Of a stretch of DNA of 64,000 bases, positions 40,201 to 50,600 are shown in pieces. The stretch covers positions 37,820,001 through 37,884,000 of the forward strand of contig CM069151.1 in assembly GCA_035221665.1 (NCBI GenBank), written 5' to 3'. The translations under genes were made by a program, and so were the position numbers. The stretch's first letter is position 1. Every line of letters begins with the position of its first letter. The notes under the pieces were generated by a model. It was given only the letters and a program-made list of their open reading frames with translations, made no database searches and was not told the origin of the DNA. This DNA comes from Okamejei kenojei. Taxonomy: Eukaryota.

Positions 40201-41122
40201 AATAGGCATAGATTATCCACCAGCCATAGTGCAGCCATTTATTGCAAGGCAACCAGCAGCCAATGTGCAACTGGGGAATCCATTGGTGGTTCAGCATCCA
40301 ATATCAGAGAACCCAGTGGAACATTATGTAGTGTCAACAGAGCATCCATTAGCAATAAAGCACCCAGAGGAAGTAATGTCAACAGACTATCTGCTGGAAA
40401 CAAATTGTCCAGAAACAGTGGAACGTATAACAATTACAGAGAAGCCACTGGCAGGTGAAATAGCAGTTGAGAATCCTGCAGCCATGCTGATAGAAGGAGT
40501 AATATTTCAGTGTCCAACAACAGGAGTGACCATAGAGATCCAAGAGGGTGGAATGGAAGGCACAGTAGTAAGAAAAACATCCAATGAAACTGCAAATGTT
40601 ACTACAGAAGATCTAGTAGCCACAGCCACAAAATGTTCATTACCAGAGGTGGCTACAGATTGCCTGACTGTCGATGTGGCCAAAAACAGACTAACAGGAC
40701 AGGTTATTGAGGGTCAGTCAGCAAGACAAGTGATTGCAGAGGATACAGCAACAGGAGGATTGACCATTATGGGTGCAGAGGAAAGAGTACTTGTTGAGGA
40801 TCAAATGAAAGCCAAAGACAGCTCAGCAACAGAAAGAAAAGAGGACATTTCAGTAATGGCTCACAATGACCAGCCTGCAGGAAGAGCAGCTGCCGAAATG
40901 TCAGTGATAGCCAGCATTCAGTCATCAGCAGAGGAAATTAATGCAGAAGCTCGAGAGCCAGCAGTCAAAGCAGCCAGATGTGGTTCAGTAGTTACAAGTC
41001 CAGCAGTCATGGATTACTCAATAGATGCTGCAAGAGAAAGCACTTCTGCAACTCCAGCAGAGAATACTCCCGATATGTTTTTCTATTTTAACCAGCCTAC
41101 AATGAGGAAGCAAGAACCCTAA
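18999..41122 (+). CDS. cadherin-related family member 5-like protein (spliced, 14 exons, about 1065 aa without the signal exon; 4 EC repeats, TM helix, long cytoplasmic tail)
   Basis: Cadherin motifs ENSP, LDRE, NENDNLPVF, ADDKDGD, LDYE, DGDDQYPRF, AEDGDKG and AIDQD, a TM segment IGLVGGITAVLLLFLISALVLLI, and GT-AG junctions that are all phase-compatible. Confidence 0.88.
19777..19839 (+). CDS. CDHR5-like exon (LLTTPLLFATITCTDIISSAQ)
   Basis: ttttaacag| ... CAG|gtacat; 63 nt, phase 0-0. Confidence 0.8.
20346..20373 (-). ncRNA. hammerhead ribozyme-like core in a Penelope-derived short element
   Basis: CTGAAGA-A-GGGTCTCGACCC-GAAA-C-GTC. Confidence 0.55.
20760..21480 (+). mobile_element. GC/CpG-rich non-autonomous interspersed element
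   Basis: CpG-rich block in an AT-rich intron, ending in AATAAA plus a tail; similar organisation to 28120-28945. Confidence 0.6.
22033..22125 (+). CDS. CDHR5-like exon (IHHRLMVQVLNENDNLPVF...ISE)
   Basis: tttttgaag| ... GAG|gtgagg; carries the DxNDNxPxF-type calcium-binding motif. Confidence 0.9.
22420..22700 (+). mobile_element. Deu-domain SINE (SacSINE/AmnSINE-like), degenerate; further copies at about 26110-26370 and 31300-31420
   Basis: GGATGTAAAAGAT...GAAGAGG...TTCCCTGGTGTCATGGCCAATA resembles the Deu core. Confidence 0.6.
22996..23082 (+). CDS. CDHR5-like exon (LTPIDEILFRLQADDKDGDGLIYMVDRAS)
   Basis: Polypyrimidine tract + gacag| ... TCG|gtaggt; AxDxD motif. Confidence 0.9.
23314..24189 (+). 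repeat. 76-bp direct duplication (23314-23389 and 24114-24189)
   Basis: One mismatch; the copies are exactly 800 bp apart. Confidence 0.9.
23640..23830. mobile_element. palindromic non-autonomous Penelope-derived element
   Basis: Two inverted arms (gaaactcagcgggtgaggcagcatctatggagcga / tcgctccatagatgttgcctcacccgctgagtttc) fused at the hammerhead core. Related copies lie near 750, 5900, 15620, 22730, 27590, 45670, 57180 and 63880. Confidence 0.75.
24376..24486 (+). CDS. CDHR5-like exon (KDAEFFKIDLPNSG...LDYE...YAM)
   Basis: tgtag| ... ATG|gtatga; LDYE motif. Confidence 0.9.
24702..24872 (+). CDS. CDHR5-like exon (EMNTEEKYN...DGDDQYPRFLPC...KLP)
   Basis: cacacag| ... CCA|gtaagg; overlaps ORF 24705-24920. 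Confidence 0.9.
24990..25288 (-). mobile_element. V-SINE (HE1-like)
   Basis: Same head and core as 1375-1578, plus a LINE-like tail. Confidence 0.78.
26693..26783 (+). CDS. CDHR5-like exon (YHALQLSPGPLLAEDGDKG...YSILTG)
   Basis: gttacag| ... ACA G|gtctga; phase 0->1. Confidence 0.88.
27382..27488 (+). CDS. CDHR5-like exon (GDDNGRFEVNNITG...LTVM)
   Basis: ttcttcag| ... ATG|gtaaag; phase 1->0. Confidence 0.88.
27710..28070 (-). mobile_element. CR1-type LINE 3' end
   Basis: ORF 27791-28069 (FFTQRVVAVWNELP); (ACCATATA)n tail. Confidence 0.85.
28120..28945 (+). mobile_element. GC/CpG-rich non-autonomous interspersed element
   Basis: Shares layout with 20760-21480 (ctgcga head, T-rich block, G-run, gcggcctaaca, GC-rich core, AATAAA tail). 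Confidence 0.6.
30495..30830 (-). mobile_element. CR1-type LINE 3' end
   Basis: FFMQRMLGIWNELPEEVV in ORF 30423-30809. Confidence 0.8.
31050..31250 (+). CDS. CDHR5-like exon (ASQVDDPTKY...AIDQDFKN)
   Basis: cctttccag| ... AAT|gtgagt; 201 nt open. Confidence 0.9.
32235..32366 (+). CDS. CDHR5-like exon (GRNPNIVYTL...EKYTLQ)
   Basis: ccccag| ... CAG|gtaagg; 132 nt. Confidence 0.88.
32579..32657 (+). CDS. CDHR5-like exon (LVGSDKESGDVVSTRVKVEILHSSQP)
   Basis: gtacag| ... CCA G|gtaggc; phase 0->1. Confidence 0.85.
33331..34590 (-). mobile_element. CR1-type LINE fragment
   Basis: ORFs 33412-33744 and 33717-34049 match the CR1 RT C-terminus; split by the Penelope fragment. Confidence 0.9.
34081..34384 (+). 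mobile_element. Penelope 3' fragment inserted into a CR1
   Basis: EQQHLIFCLGSLHPSGMNFDFS followed by the terminal repeat; flanked by near-duplicated accat(t/c)gag. Confidence 0.85.
36455..36642 (+). CDS. CDHR5-like transmembrane exon
   Basis: gcag|TT CCA ... GTG|gtaaga; hydrophobic IGLVGGITAVLLLFLISALVLLI followed by basic HRHRRHR. Confidence 0.88.
38493..38513 (+). CDS. CDHR5-like 21-nt microexon (SLKWFQM)
   Basis: Long pyrimidine tract at 38430-38472, then ctcag|AGC...ATG|gtgagt; phase 0-0. Confidence 0.7.
39476..41122 (+). CDS. CDHR5-like terminal exon (548-aa acidic cytoplasmic tail)
   Basis: Polypyrimidine tract + ttcag|AAT, in frame with the 577-aa ORF 39389-41122. Confidence 0.85.
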   Translation, partial: NNTNKTVSSYSNLAYTDEIYSIGKEESNNECAKNNLWSIPNPLLDAAQEPDSVIKSVFTNGKLVQTADCMSMCIKSNLAKESHTNIKHQCSECKNEQHREIGDFSLGIDLQSSTRVEKESGKDNMEKGTQHENKADVSEFIKEPAFEEARHLQTMLGEIECSIQDEDRSANSAGELDHVTCTAEGQENQITEKQKKVMSPPEQENLVTTPEGQAHIICSETAGSVDQKVVDQKVQNVITVHVIGIDYPPAIVQPFIARQPAANVQLGNPLVVQHPISENPVEHYVVSTEHPLAIKHPEEVMSTDYLLETNCPETVERITITEKPLAGEIAVENPAAMLIEGVIFQCPTTGVTIEIQEGGMEGTVVRKTSNETANVTTEDLVATATKCSLPEVATDCLTVDVAKNRLTGQVIEGQSARQVIAEDTATGGLTIMGAEERVLVEDQMKAKDSSATERKEDISVMAHNDQPAGRAAAEMSVIASIQSSAEEINAEAREPAVKAARCGSVVTSPAVMDYSIDAARESTSATPAENTPDMFFYFNQPTMRKQEP

Positions 41123-44100
41123 GACCTTGCTCTTCATTAGACAATATTCAGAGTGACGCTGAATCAGCTACTTTATATATGGAGAGCATTGTAGAAATGA
41201 CTTAATGCTGATTAAACAAGAAACAAAAACTTTGATGTATGATAACACTTAGGATTTCCATTTATTTTGCTTTTTTTAATCAATACATTTAGCCTTCAGA
41301 TTAAAACTAGTTATTGATTCACAAGCTTGTGTTGAGTTTGATGGGAAAAGACAAGATAATAAAATTGTGCATATTACATAAGGAATATATACTTACAATT
41401 CTGAAATAAATGACTAAAGGACATATTAGAACATTTGGGCTGATGCACATAGGTATAATTAACCCATTTCTATAGAGCACATTACGAATATCTTGACACA
41501 ATTTGGAATAATTCCCCACAAATATTCAAGTCTGAGAGTTGTATTAGGCAATATTTATAAACAAATTGCTCAATGCATTCTTGTCTTTGACAAAAGAGGT
41601 TGAAATTCTGTTGACATTCATCTTTCCTTTTTAACAGAAGCACGACACGCTATGCTTAAGCAATGGGTTCAACTACATTTGTGTTTGATCAGGGTAAATG
41701 TGAATACAGTCCTTTAAATTCTAACCTGAATTTAGTTTTATAATCTCTTCTAGCTGGTAAAGGATATTACTTTAATCTGTTATTTCTTGCTCTGTTGAGA
41801 GAACTTTCCACAACGAGAAGAATAATTTGATGGGACTATCCTCAGAACTATTCATTTATCACCCCACATCCATTTGTAGTGTTCCTCAAGATATTTCACC
41901 TGGCAGCTTTAGTAAAGTACTGTACATTGGAATTCCATTCATTGAGAATAGTTTGTTGCCCAAGTGGTTGCTCGGCGGTCCTTGAAAGGGAGTTTAATGC
42001 TCTTCCAATCCCGCTTTTGGGAATTCAGTCCCTAATGCTTTATCCACCAATCCTCTGAAGTGCTCTACTACTGGAACTACTCACACCATAAATGAACGTC
42101 CAGTGTTCTATTGATCCCTAAAGGATATGCCAATCATTTGAATAACTCTGCAACTGGGACTGCTAACTATTTGAAAGGGAGCCTTAGTTCTATTGTTCCA
42201 ATAAATGGGAATCTAGTCCTCCACAACTTGTTATTCTGCTCCCAATTCATGAATAGGAAACCACTGCCCTGCTATTAAACTGAACGGGAGTTCAACTCTC
42301 TTTGCAGTAATTGTTAAATAAATCCTTTAAAATTTTACAAATTTTAAATAACTTGGAGACTTACATCATATTACAATCTAATGACCAAGGAAACAAGACT
42401 TAAATGTTGCTCTGATATAATCATCATTTAAAAGATAACTATTCCACAGTTTTCCTTAAGACAGTAGCAACACCTTCACATTATGTTCTTCAGAGCATAT
42501 ATTCTGTGCTCTGAAATGTGGAGCAGGATTAGTTTCTGCGGAACATATCCATGCTTGTAGCAAAACAGAACCAAATTTCATTTATTTCACTGTCTACCAT
42601 TCTGACAGTCACAAAGCAGTGATAAGAAAGTATTGACTGATTATAACTATTGATCAGCATAAATTTGTTTACAGTAGACCTAAACATGAAATTAGAAAAA
42701 TCATAGTGGTGGATGGATTTGGGAATCATTGGTCCAAAGCAGAGCTTTTTTGTGGACAAAAGGGTGGAAGCACCCATATAACAGTTCATGTGTCACTATT
42801 GGTTGCTGTACGGCAATCTAATTTTAACTTATTAGAAGTGTTGTACTGTCACAAAAAAAGCACTGATCCAAAGTCATAATTTTCATCCAACTATGATGCT
42901 AGAATATTGGAAGGAAGATTACCATTATAAAGTCTCTGTAGCAGTACGTATTTCAGATTGGATCACAGTTGGAAAAGATCTTTCTGTGGCCCTCGCGCAA
43001 GTCATATCAGCAATTGTTAAATTCCTAATGCAAAATAAAAATTACTTGCATTTCTGTAGCATTTATGACATTCCTCAGAAGTATCTTAAATTCTTAAGGT
43101 GTAACCAGCTAAGCCCGGCCCTTATATCTAAGCAAACATTACAGTCTCAGGCACAGTATGAACCCAAAATCAACTAAGCACAACAAATGAACAAAGTATT
43201 TTGGTACTGGTGGTGGTGCTACAAGAAAAGTTAGAAAGCAAGAATTGGCCAAATGTTACTTGCATTAAAATATTTGGATGATTAAAGAACAAGAAAACTA
43301 TTTGAATTTACATAGTACCGTTAAGATTGGAAAATATTCAAGTCACTGCGTCGAAGCATTATCTAACAACATTAGACCTCGAGCCACTTAGATTATAGGA
43401 CAGATGACCAATAGATTGTCATAATATGTAGCCAATGAGAAACAACAAAAAGGAGAAACAACTGTAGATAAATGGAAAGGTTCAGAGAACTCTAGGGCCT
43501 AGAAAGATGAAGGCATTGCTGCCAAATGTAGAATATTAAAATCATTCAAGAGTCCAGAAATGGAGAAGTGCATAGATTCAAATATGTTAATGGATAGAGA
43601 AAAAAAACTTCAGGAAAAGTGTAGACACACATACGCACACACTTCTACTGGATGGCAATCAAAAATGAGAACCCATAAACTGTTTGATGAGATAAATTGC
43701 CAGCCTTCTCGCAGAGAGTAGATAACTCAACACTGATCTTCTCATTCTTAATGGTTCAATAAATGTAATGTTGGATTTATCTTAGAATCCTCCACAAAGC
43801 TGTCTATCTTGATTTCACAGATTAGTACAAGTGGCTACCATATCCTGAGAAATAGGAACCATGTAAGGCAGAATACCGACCAATCCTTGTTTAGAAGAGC
43901 AAATGATCACAGGTGCAACATAAATGCATCGACATAGTAAGTCCTGGATGACAAAATATGAGAGCAAACATAATAAACCACATGGAAGATAGTGTATGAC
44001 AAAAATTCCTGCAAACGAGGTCAGGGATACAAGCAATAAGCAATGTCCAAACAAGAGAATTGCGCACAAGCACTATTCAACCTCCTGATAACAATAGACT

Positions 44101-44319
44101 TGGGAGAAGGGGTATTCAATTAAAATGTGAAGATCTAATTTACTAGAATATATTACAGGTATCACTGGCTTTGAATAAAAACTGTCTTTAAACTAACTGA
44201 TCAGTTCGGTAGAAATAATTGCTGATCACTGAAAAATCCAGCTTTTTCTTGCTTACAACCAAATTTCAACCGCATTTATAAGAATTTTCGTACTCATCCT
44301 AGAATAGCAACTCGATTAG

Positions 44320-44692
44320 TTACACTTCCTGATGGGTGAACGGAGCACGATTAAAATTCACTTCCACTAGCCGGAAGGCATGCAACAAAGCAGCTATTTG
44401 CATAATCAGTCTTCTGATGATGTCGATTAAAGGGTTCAAGAGGTTTCTTATGCCAGTGAAAATATTCAATTGGAATATCATGATGGGTTGCAGCAGGCTG
44501 TTGAACAAAGTCGCCAGCAGTGGCTTCAGCACATGGTCTCCAATTGCTGTCAAGAGTCCAGCCACTAGGATTTCGATGAACGATCGACTTAAGAAATTCA
44601 CCAATTCAATCAAAAACAAAGTGACCACATTCATCAGGATCCTTACCACCGCAAACAGCTCTCTCCAACAATGCCGAATGACATCATTAGAC
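44320..44692 (-). CDS. minus-strand gene, terminal exon (SNDVIRHCWRELF...FTHQEV)
   Basis: tttttcag|G TCT AAT; ORF 44320-44709; hydrophobic helices. Confidence 0.85.
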
Positions 44693-47600
44693 CTGAAAAA
44701 GTTAGACACCCATCTGTAACTAAATATTTATATCCATCTACAATATATATACATATATTAAAATGAATGGAGGCAAAAACCTCCATATTACCACTTTGAC
44801 TGCACTGTTTCAATGGCAATGTTAGATTTGTTTCCCATTTCCTAGGGTTCCACCAGTTATCCATCAGGGAACTCCCATGTATATGATATAAACAGTTACC
44901 ATCCTTCATTACGTGCTCAAAGCAAACATTAAGTTTCAAACTGCAATAAAAATTGCTTCAATTTGCTCTGTTAAACTAAGAAGAAACTTAGATGTTATTT
45001 ACTTAATAACTGGTCATAATGGATAAAAAGATTTACTTTGGCAAAATAATACATTGCGCATAAAAAAATAGTTAACACTGCTGTTAATATAAAACATATT
45101 TATCATTAATGTCTCTAACACAAATTAGAAAATCATACACTTAAACCCAATTCCGAAGACTTTGGTGCAATAAAGATGGACCACGCCTCTGTCAAATGCC
45201 ATCAAAATTTATGTAATAATGATTAGCTAATGCCAAGTCTATCATGTAATTTGCAGATAGCAACTTGATGCGGCTAAGATGACATAACCAGCCTCAATTC
45301 CAACTCAAAGTTAGATTTTATTGTATTGGTAAATGAGTTAAGTTGCATGTGTTATTTAATGATAGAAACTAAACAATGCAACTGAAGTCCTTACAGGTGC
45401 ACTTTTCATGACGATTAAAAACAAATCTTGGCAGGATTAACTAAACCACAAAGGAGGTATATTAGGAAGAATGGCTAAAAGCTTGGCCAAAGTGGGAAGA
45501 TAAAGGAAGGTTGGTAGAGGAGAAACAGGTTAGAGAAGTCAGTACAGAATTTTAAGTCTTATGACTAAGATCACTTGCATAATTTGCATTTTGACATCAT
45601 ATCAATATGACAGTGAAAATTTTGAACAGTGACATCAGACAACCAGGCAAACCACGATGATAGATATCCAACAAACTGCTAGAGGAACTCAGCGGGTCAG
45701 GCAGTGTATGTGGAGGGAAATTAATAGACAAGGTTTCATGTTGGGACCTTTCTTCAGACGGATGGAGATGCTATCACACAAGCTAAATGAATCCATCAAT
45801 TTGTTTTTTTTATGCAAGATTCCAGCATCTGCTGTCTTCTGTGCCTCTACGATGAATATCCAGCACTGTACAGATTTGCATAAAGACTGCTGAATTATAG
45901 ATATCCTGAACTTCATTGGGATGGAGAGATTGCAATTGCAATAATTGGGTGTGGAGGTTCTATGAAATGAATTAAAGTTTCATAATTAGGATGAGAGTAC
46001 AGGTATATAGTCAATATCATATATATTTTTTCTGATCTGCCAGAAATACCATGAGGAAGGATATGGGGTATGAAGATCAGTTCTGCATTAAGTAGAATGG
46101 TGAAATAAAAGCAGTTAACCATATTCTGAGAAGCTACGTACTAAGACAATGTCTTCAGTATTCCTAATTTAAGATCACATTGTCCTTTTGAAGGGTACTA
46201 CTACATTAAAAACAAGCTAGCTCACCAGTCTGCAAGGTTACTAATGCAAGCTTCATTATATTCCTTCTTCGTCTCATAGAAGTTCTGATGTCCAAAATCA
46301 AAATGGTAGATTAAACTGAGGAATGAAAAATGGAAGGATTAAATGGATTGCATCTTCCATGATGTAGGCAACCAGAACACAATAATTTGATCAACTCACT
46401 TATTTTCTTTATAACTAGGAGCATCTTTCACGATTCCAACCACTATATTTTCCTCTGAAGCTACCCCTACATTTTCAGGTTCAATGGATTCCTCAATCAA
46501 GCCAACATTTGCCTGTCCAAGCTGTGGAAGAAAAACTAATTTACATATTTATAAATCAAAATGTAATGCTATAGAACAGGACAGAGGATCTTATACAATA
46601 TACAATTAAATTAACTACATATGCAAGCAAATTAACTAAGGTAACAATCGGAAGTTGGGTCATTTAAAGCTTATAAATCAATTATATTGAAGAAAGTGGA
46701 AACATCAACAGAACAATCCGAAGCATGTAATACCCTACTAAATTAATTAACTAAACCTACTTCACCACTGACAGATATCTATAACATGCAAAATATAAAT
46801 TTGTGCAGTGGAGGACTTCTCAGGATGCACTTATCACACATTTCCTTATCCTTGTTGTTTTGATAGCACAACCTCCTCCAAAAGTTCTTAAAACTTGGTA
46901 GACACAGCTAAAAGTCAATATTTGTTTTTTATAATACCACACCCATGGAACCGCATTCCAGGCTGCACAGTGGCACAGCTGATAGAGCTGCTGCGTCACA
47001 GTGTCAGAGACGTGGGTTCCATCCTGACCTTGGGTGCTGTCTGTGTGGAGTTTACAAATTCTCGTTGTGATCGGGTGCGTTTCCTTTGGGTCCCATATTC
47101 CAAAGACCTGGAGGTTTCTAGGTTAACTGCCCACTGTAATTTGCCCCTGGTGTTTAGGGGATGGATTCAAAAGTGAGATAACGTAGAACTAGTGATCGAT
47201 GGGTGGCATTGTGTGATCGATGAGTGGCATTGACTTTATGGGTTGAAGGGCCCTTTTTCATTCTCTATATTTCAATCAATCAATAAAAGAATAAAATAAT
47301 GAAATGAAATAGCAGCTTAAAGAGTATTTTTTTGCAGGGAAAATAGTTACAAGATGTTTGTCAGATGGTAAAATATGCTGAAAGAATCCTTGCACTGTTT
47401 CAGAAATTATTTAGAAACTTCTATTGCCCTTTCAGGCCATTCGAACATGTGGGTTTGTTGTAATACAAGTAACGTGGCAAACACTTTGTACGTAGCCAAA
47501 ATGTTTAAGAAGGAACTGCAGATGCTGAAAAATCAAAGGTAGACAAAAGTGCTGGAGAAACTCAACGGGTGCGGCAGCATCTATGGAGCAAAGGCAACGT

Positions 47601-50600
47601 TTCGGGCCAAAACCCTTTTTCAGACTGATGTAGGGTGGGGGGGGGCGGGAAGAAGAAAGAAAGAGGAGGAGCCAGAGGGCTGAGGGAGAGCTGAGAAGGG
47701 GAGGAGACAATAGGGCTACCGGAAATTGGAGGTCAATGTTCATGCCTCTGGAGTATTAACTGCCCAAGCAAAATATGAGATGCTGCTCCTCTAATTTCCG
47801 GTGGTGCTCACTCTGGCCATGGAGGAGGCCCAGGACAGAAAGGTCGGATTCGGAATGGGAGGGGGAGTTGAAGTGCTAAGCCACCAGGAGATCAGGTTGG
47901 TTATTGCTGACCACCCAAAAACCCCCCACCACACATCGCCTTGGCCTCAGTCCACTCACCTGCCTTCCTCCGGCCCCAACCCCCATCCCTGCCGTGTGTT
48001 TAACCCCTGACCTCCTCTCAGATACCGAACGGTCTGTCGTCAGCATATGCCTCACCTTTGTCCCCCTCCATCCCCACCTCAATGAGTTCCGCGCCCACCA
48101 TGATTTGGAGCTCTTCTACCGTCGCCTCCGCCTCACAGCGTTCTTCCATGGGAAGGAGTCCTAGCGTCCTATTGATAATCCCTTTTCCCATCTCCAACGG
48201 ACGCCCTCCTCTTGGACCCCACCTCATGGCCATCTTCCGGCTTTAGACCTTTTTATTTTTAACTGCCGGCGGGACATCAACCGCCTCAATGTCTCCACTC
48301 CCGTCTCGCTCTAACCTCTCCCCCCCGAACGTACAGCCATCCACTCACTCCGCAGCCCAGACTGGGTTATCAAACCCGCCGACCAGGGAGGTACCGTGGT
48401 AGTCTGGCGCGCTGATCTCTACAAGGCTGAGGCCACACGCCAACTCTCAGACACCTCCTCCTATTTATCCCTGGACCATGACCCCACAGACAAACACCAG
48501 GCCACTATCTCGAGCACCATCACTGACCATCAAATACGGCTTCTTGCCCCCCCAAGCCTCCAACCTCATCGTTCCCCAGCCCCGCACAGCCCGATTTTAC
48601 CTTCTCCCCAAAATCCACAACCCTGACTGTCCTGGGAGACCCATTGTCTCTGCCTGTTCGTGCCCTGCCAAACTTATTTCCACATACCTCGACTCCATCC
48701 TATCTCCCCTGGTTAAACCCTCCCTAACTATGTTCAAGGCACCTCTGACACTCTCCGTCGTCTCCGGGAATTCCGTTCTCTAGGCCCCCACCCCCTCATC
48801 TTCACCATGGACGTGCAGTCACTCTACACCTCCATCCCCCACCAGGAGGGTCTCAAAGGCCTCCGGTTCTTCCTCAACTGGAGAACCGTCTATCCCCGTC
48901 TACAGATACTCTCCTCCGCCTAGCAGAGCTGGTCCTTACCCTTAATAACTTCTCCCATTTCCTCCAAATACATGGCACGCGCATGGGCCCTAGCTATGCC
49001 TGCCTCTTTGTAGGGTACGTCGAACAATTTTTGTTCGAGACGTACCAGGGCCCCATCCCCGACCTCTACCTCAGCTACATCGATGACTGCATTGGTGCTA
49101 CCTCCTGCACCCACACACAACTCACTGACTTCATCCATTTCACCACCAACTTCCATCCGGCACTTTGGACCATTTCCGACACTTCCTTACCATTTCCTGA
49201 CCTCACTATCTCCATCGCAGGTGATAGACTCCTGACCGACATCCACTATAATCCACTGACTCCCATGGCTATCTAAACTACACTTCTTCCCACCCTGCTT
49301 CCTGTGAGGACTCCATCCCCTACTCCCAACTCTTCCGTCTACGCAGCATCTGCTCCCAGGATGAGGTGTTCCACACCAGGGCGTCTGAAATGTCCTCATA
49401 CTTCAGGGAATGGGGGTTCCCCCCCCCCCCCCCACTATACATGAGGCTCTCACCAGGTTTTCTTCAATATCCCGTAACACTGCTCTCTCTCCCCCTAGTC
49501 CTCACCTTCCACCCTACTAGCCGTCACATACAACAAATAGTCCTCCGTCATTTTTGCCACCTCCAACGTGGCCCCACCACTCGCCACATCTTCCCATATT
49601 CCCCCCCCCCCCCCCGTCTGCTTTGCGCCAAGACCGCTCCCTCCGTAACTCCCTGGTCAATTCTTCCCTTCCCACCCGTACCACCCCCTCCCCGGGCACT
49701 TTCCCTTGCAGCCGCAAGAAATGCTACACTTGTCGCTTTACCTCCCCCCTCCACTCCATTCAAGGACCCAAGCAGTCGTTCCAGGTGCGACAGAGGTTCA
49801 CCTGCACCTCCTCCAACCACATCTATTGCATCCGCTGCTCTAGATGTCAGCTGATCTAAATCGGTGAGACCAAGCGTAGGCTTGGCGATCGTTTCGCCGA
49901 ACACCTCCGCTCGGTCCGCAATAACCAACCTGAACTCCCGGTGGCTCAGCACTTCAACTCCCCCTCCCATTCCGAATCTGACCTTTCTATCCTGGGCCTC
50001 CTACATGGCCAGAGTGAGCACCACCGGAAATTGGAGGAGCAGCATCTCATATTTCGCTTGGGCAGTTTATACCCCAGCGGCATGAACATTGACTTCTCCA
50101 ATTTCCGGTAGCCCTTATTGTCTCCTCCCCTTCTGAGCTCTCCCTCAGCCTTCTGGCTCCTCCTCTTCCTTTCTTCCTCACCCCCAACCTACAATCTGAA
50201 GAAGGGTTTAGGCCCGAAACGTTGCCTATTTCTTTCATTCCATAGATGCTGCCCCACCAGCTGAGTTTCTCCAGCACTTTTGTCTACTTTGATGTAGTAA
50301 TGTCTTGCAGACAGAAGTGAAACAATAATCAGAAAATCTTTCATGCTACTATTAATTGAGAAATAAAAATGGGCAGATATTTTCTGCTCTCTTTTGGAAG
50401 AAGAGATCCCCACAGTTTTATATGAAGCATAAGCTAAGTATTTCATATAATAAAATCGATAAACACATGAATTAAATTATCAGACTCAGAAAGGCTGCAC
50501 AGCTATTGCAGTAGGAAATTATAAAGACGTGTTTCAGATTGTTGTAAAATCAATTTACTAATTAGGGTGTCTTGTGTAAAGAATTGGCCCCAATTACAGG

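Noticed and set aside
44336-44719. 127-aa plus-strand ORF
   Set aside because: Antisense shadow of the real minus-strand terminal exon.
46226-46284. Shorter version of this exon using the acceptor at 46285
   Set aside because: Phase incompatible with the upstream exon; the acceptor at 46316 is stronger and in phase.
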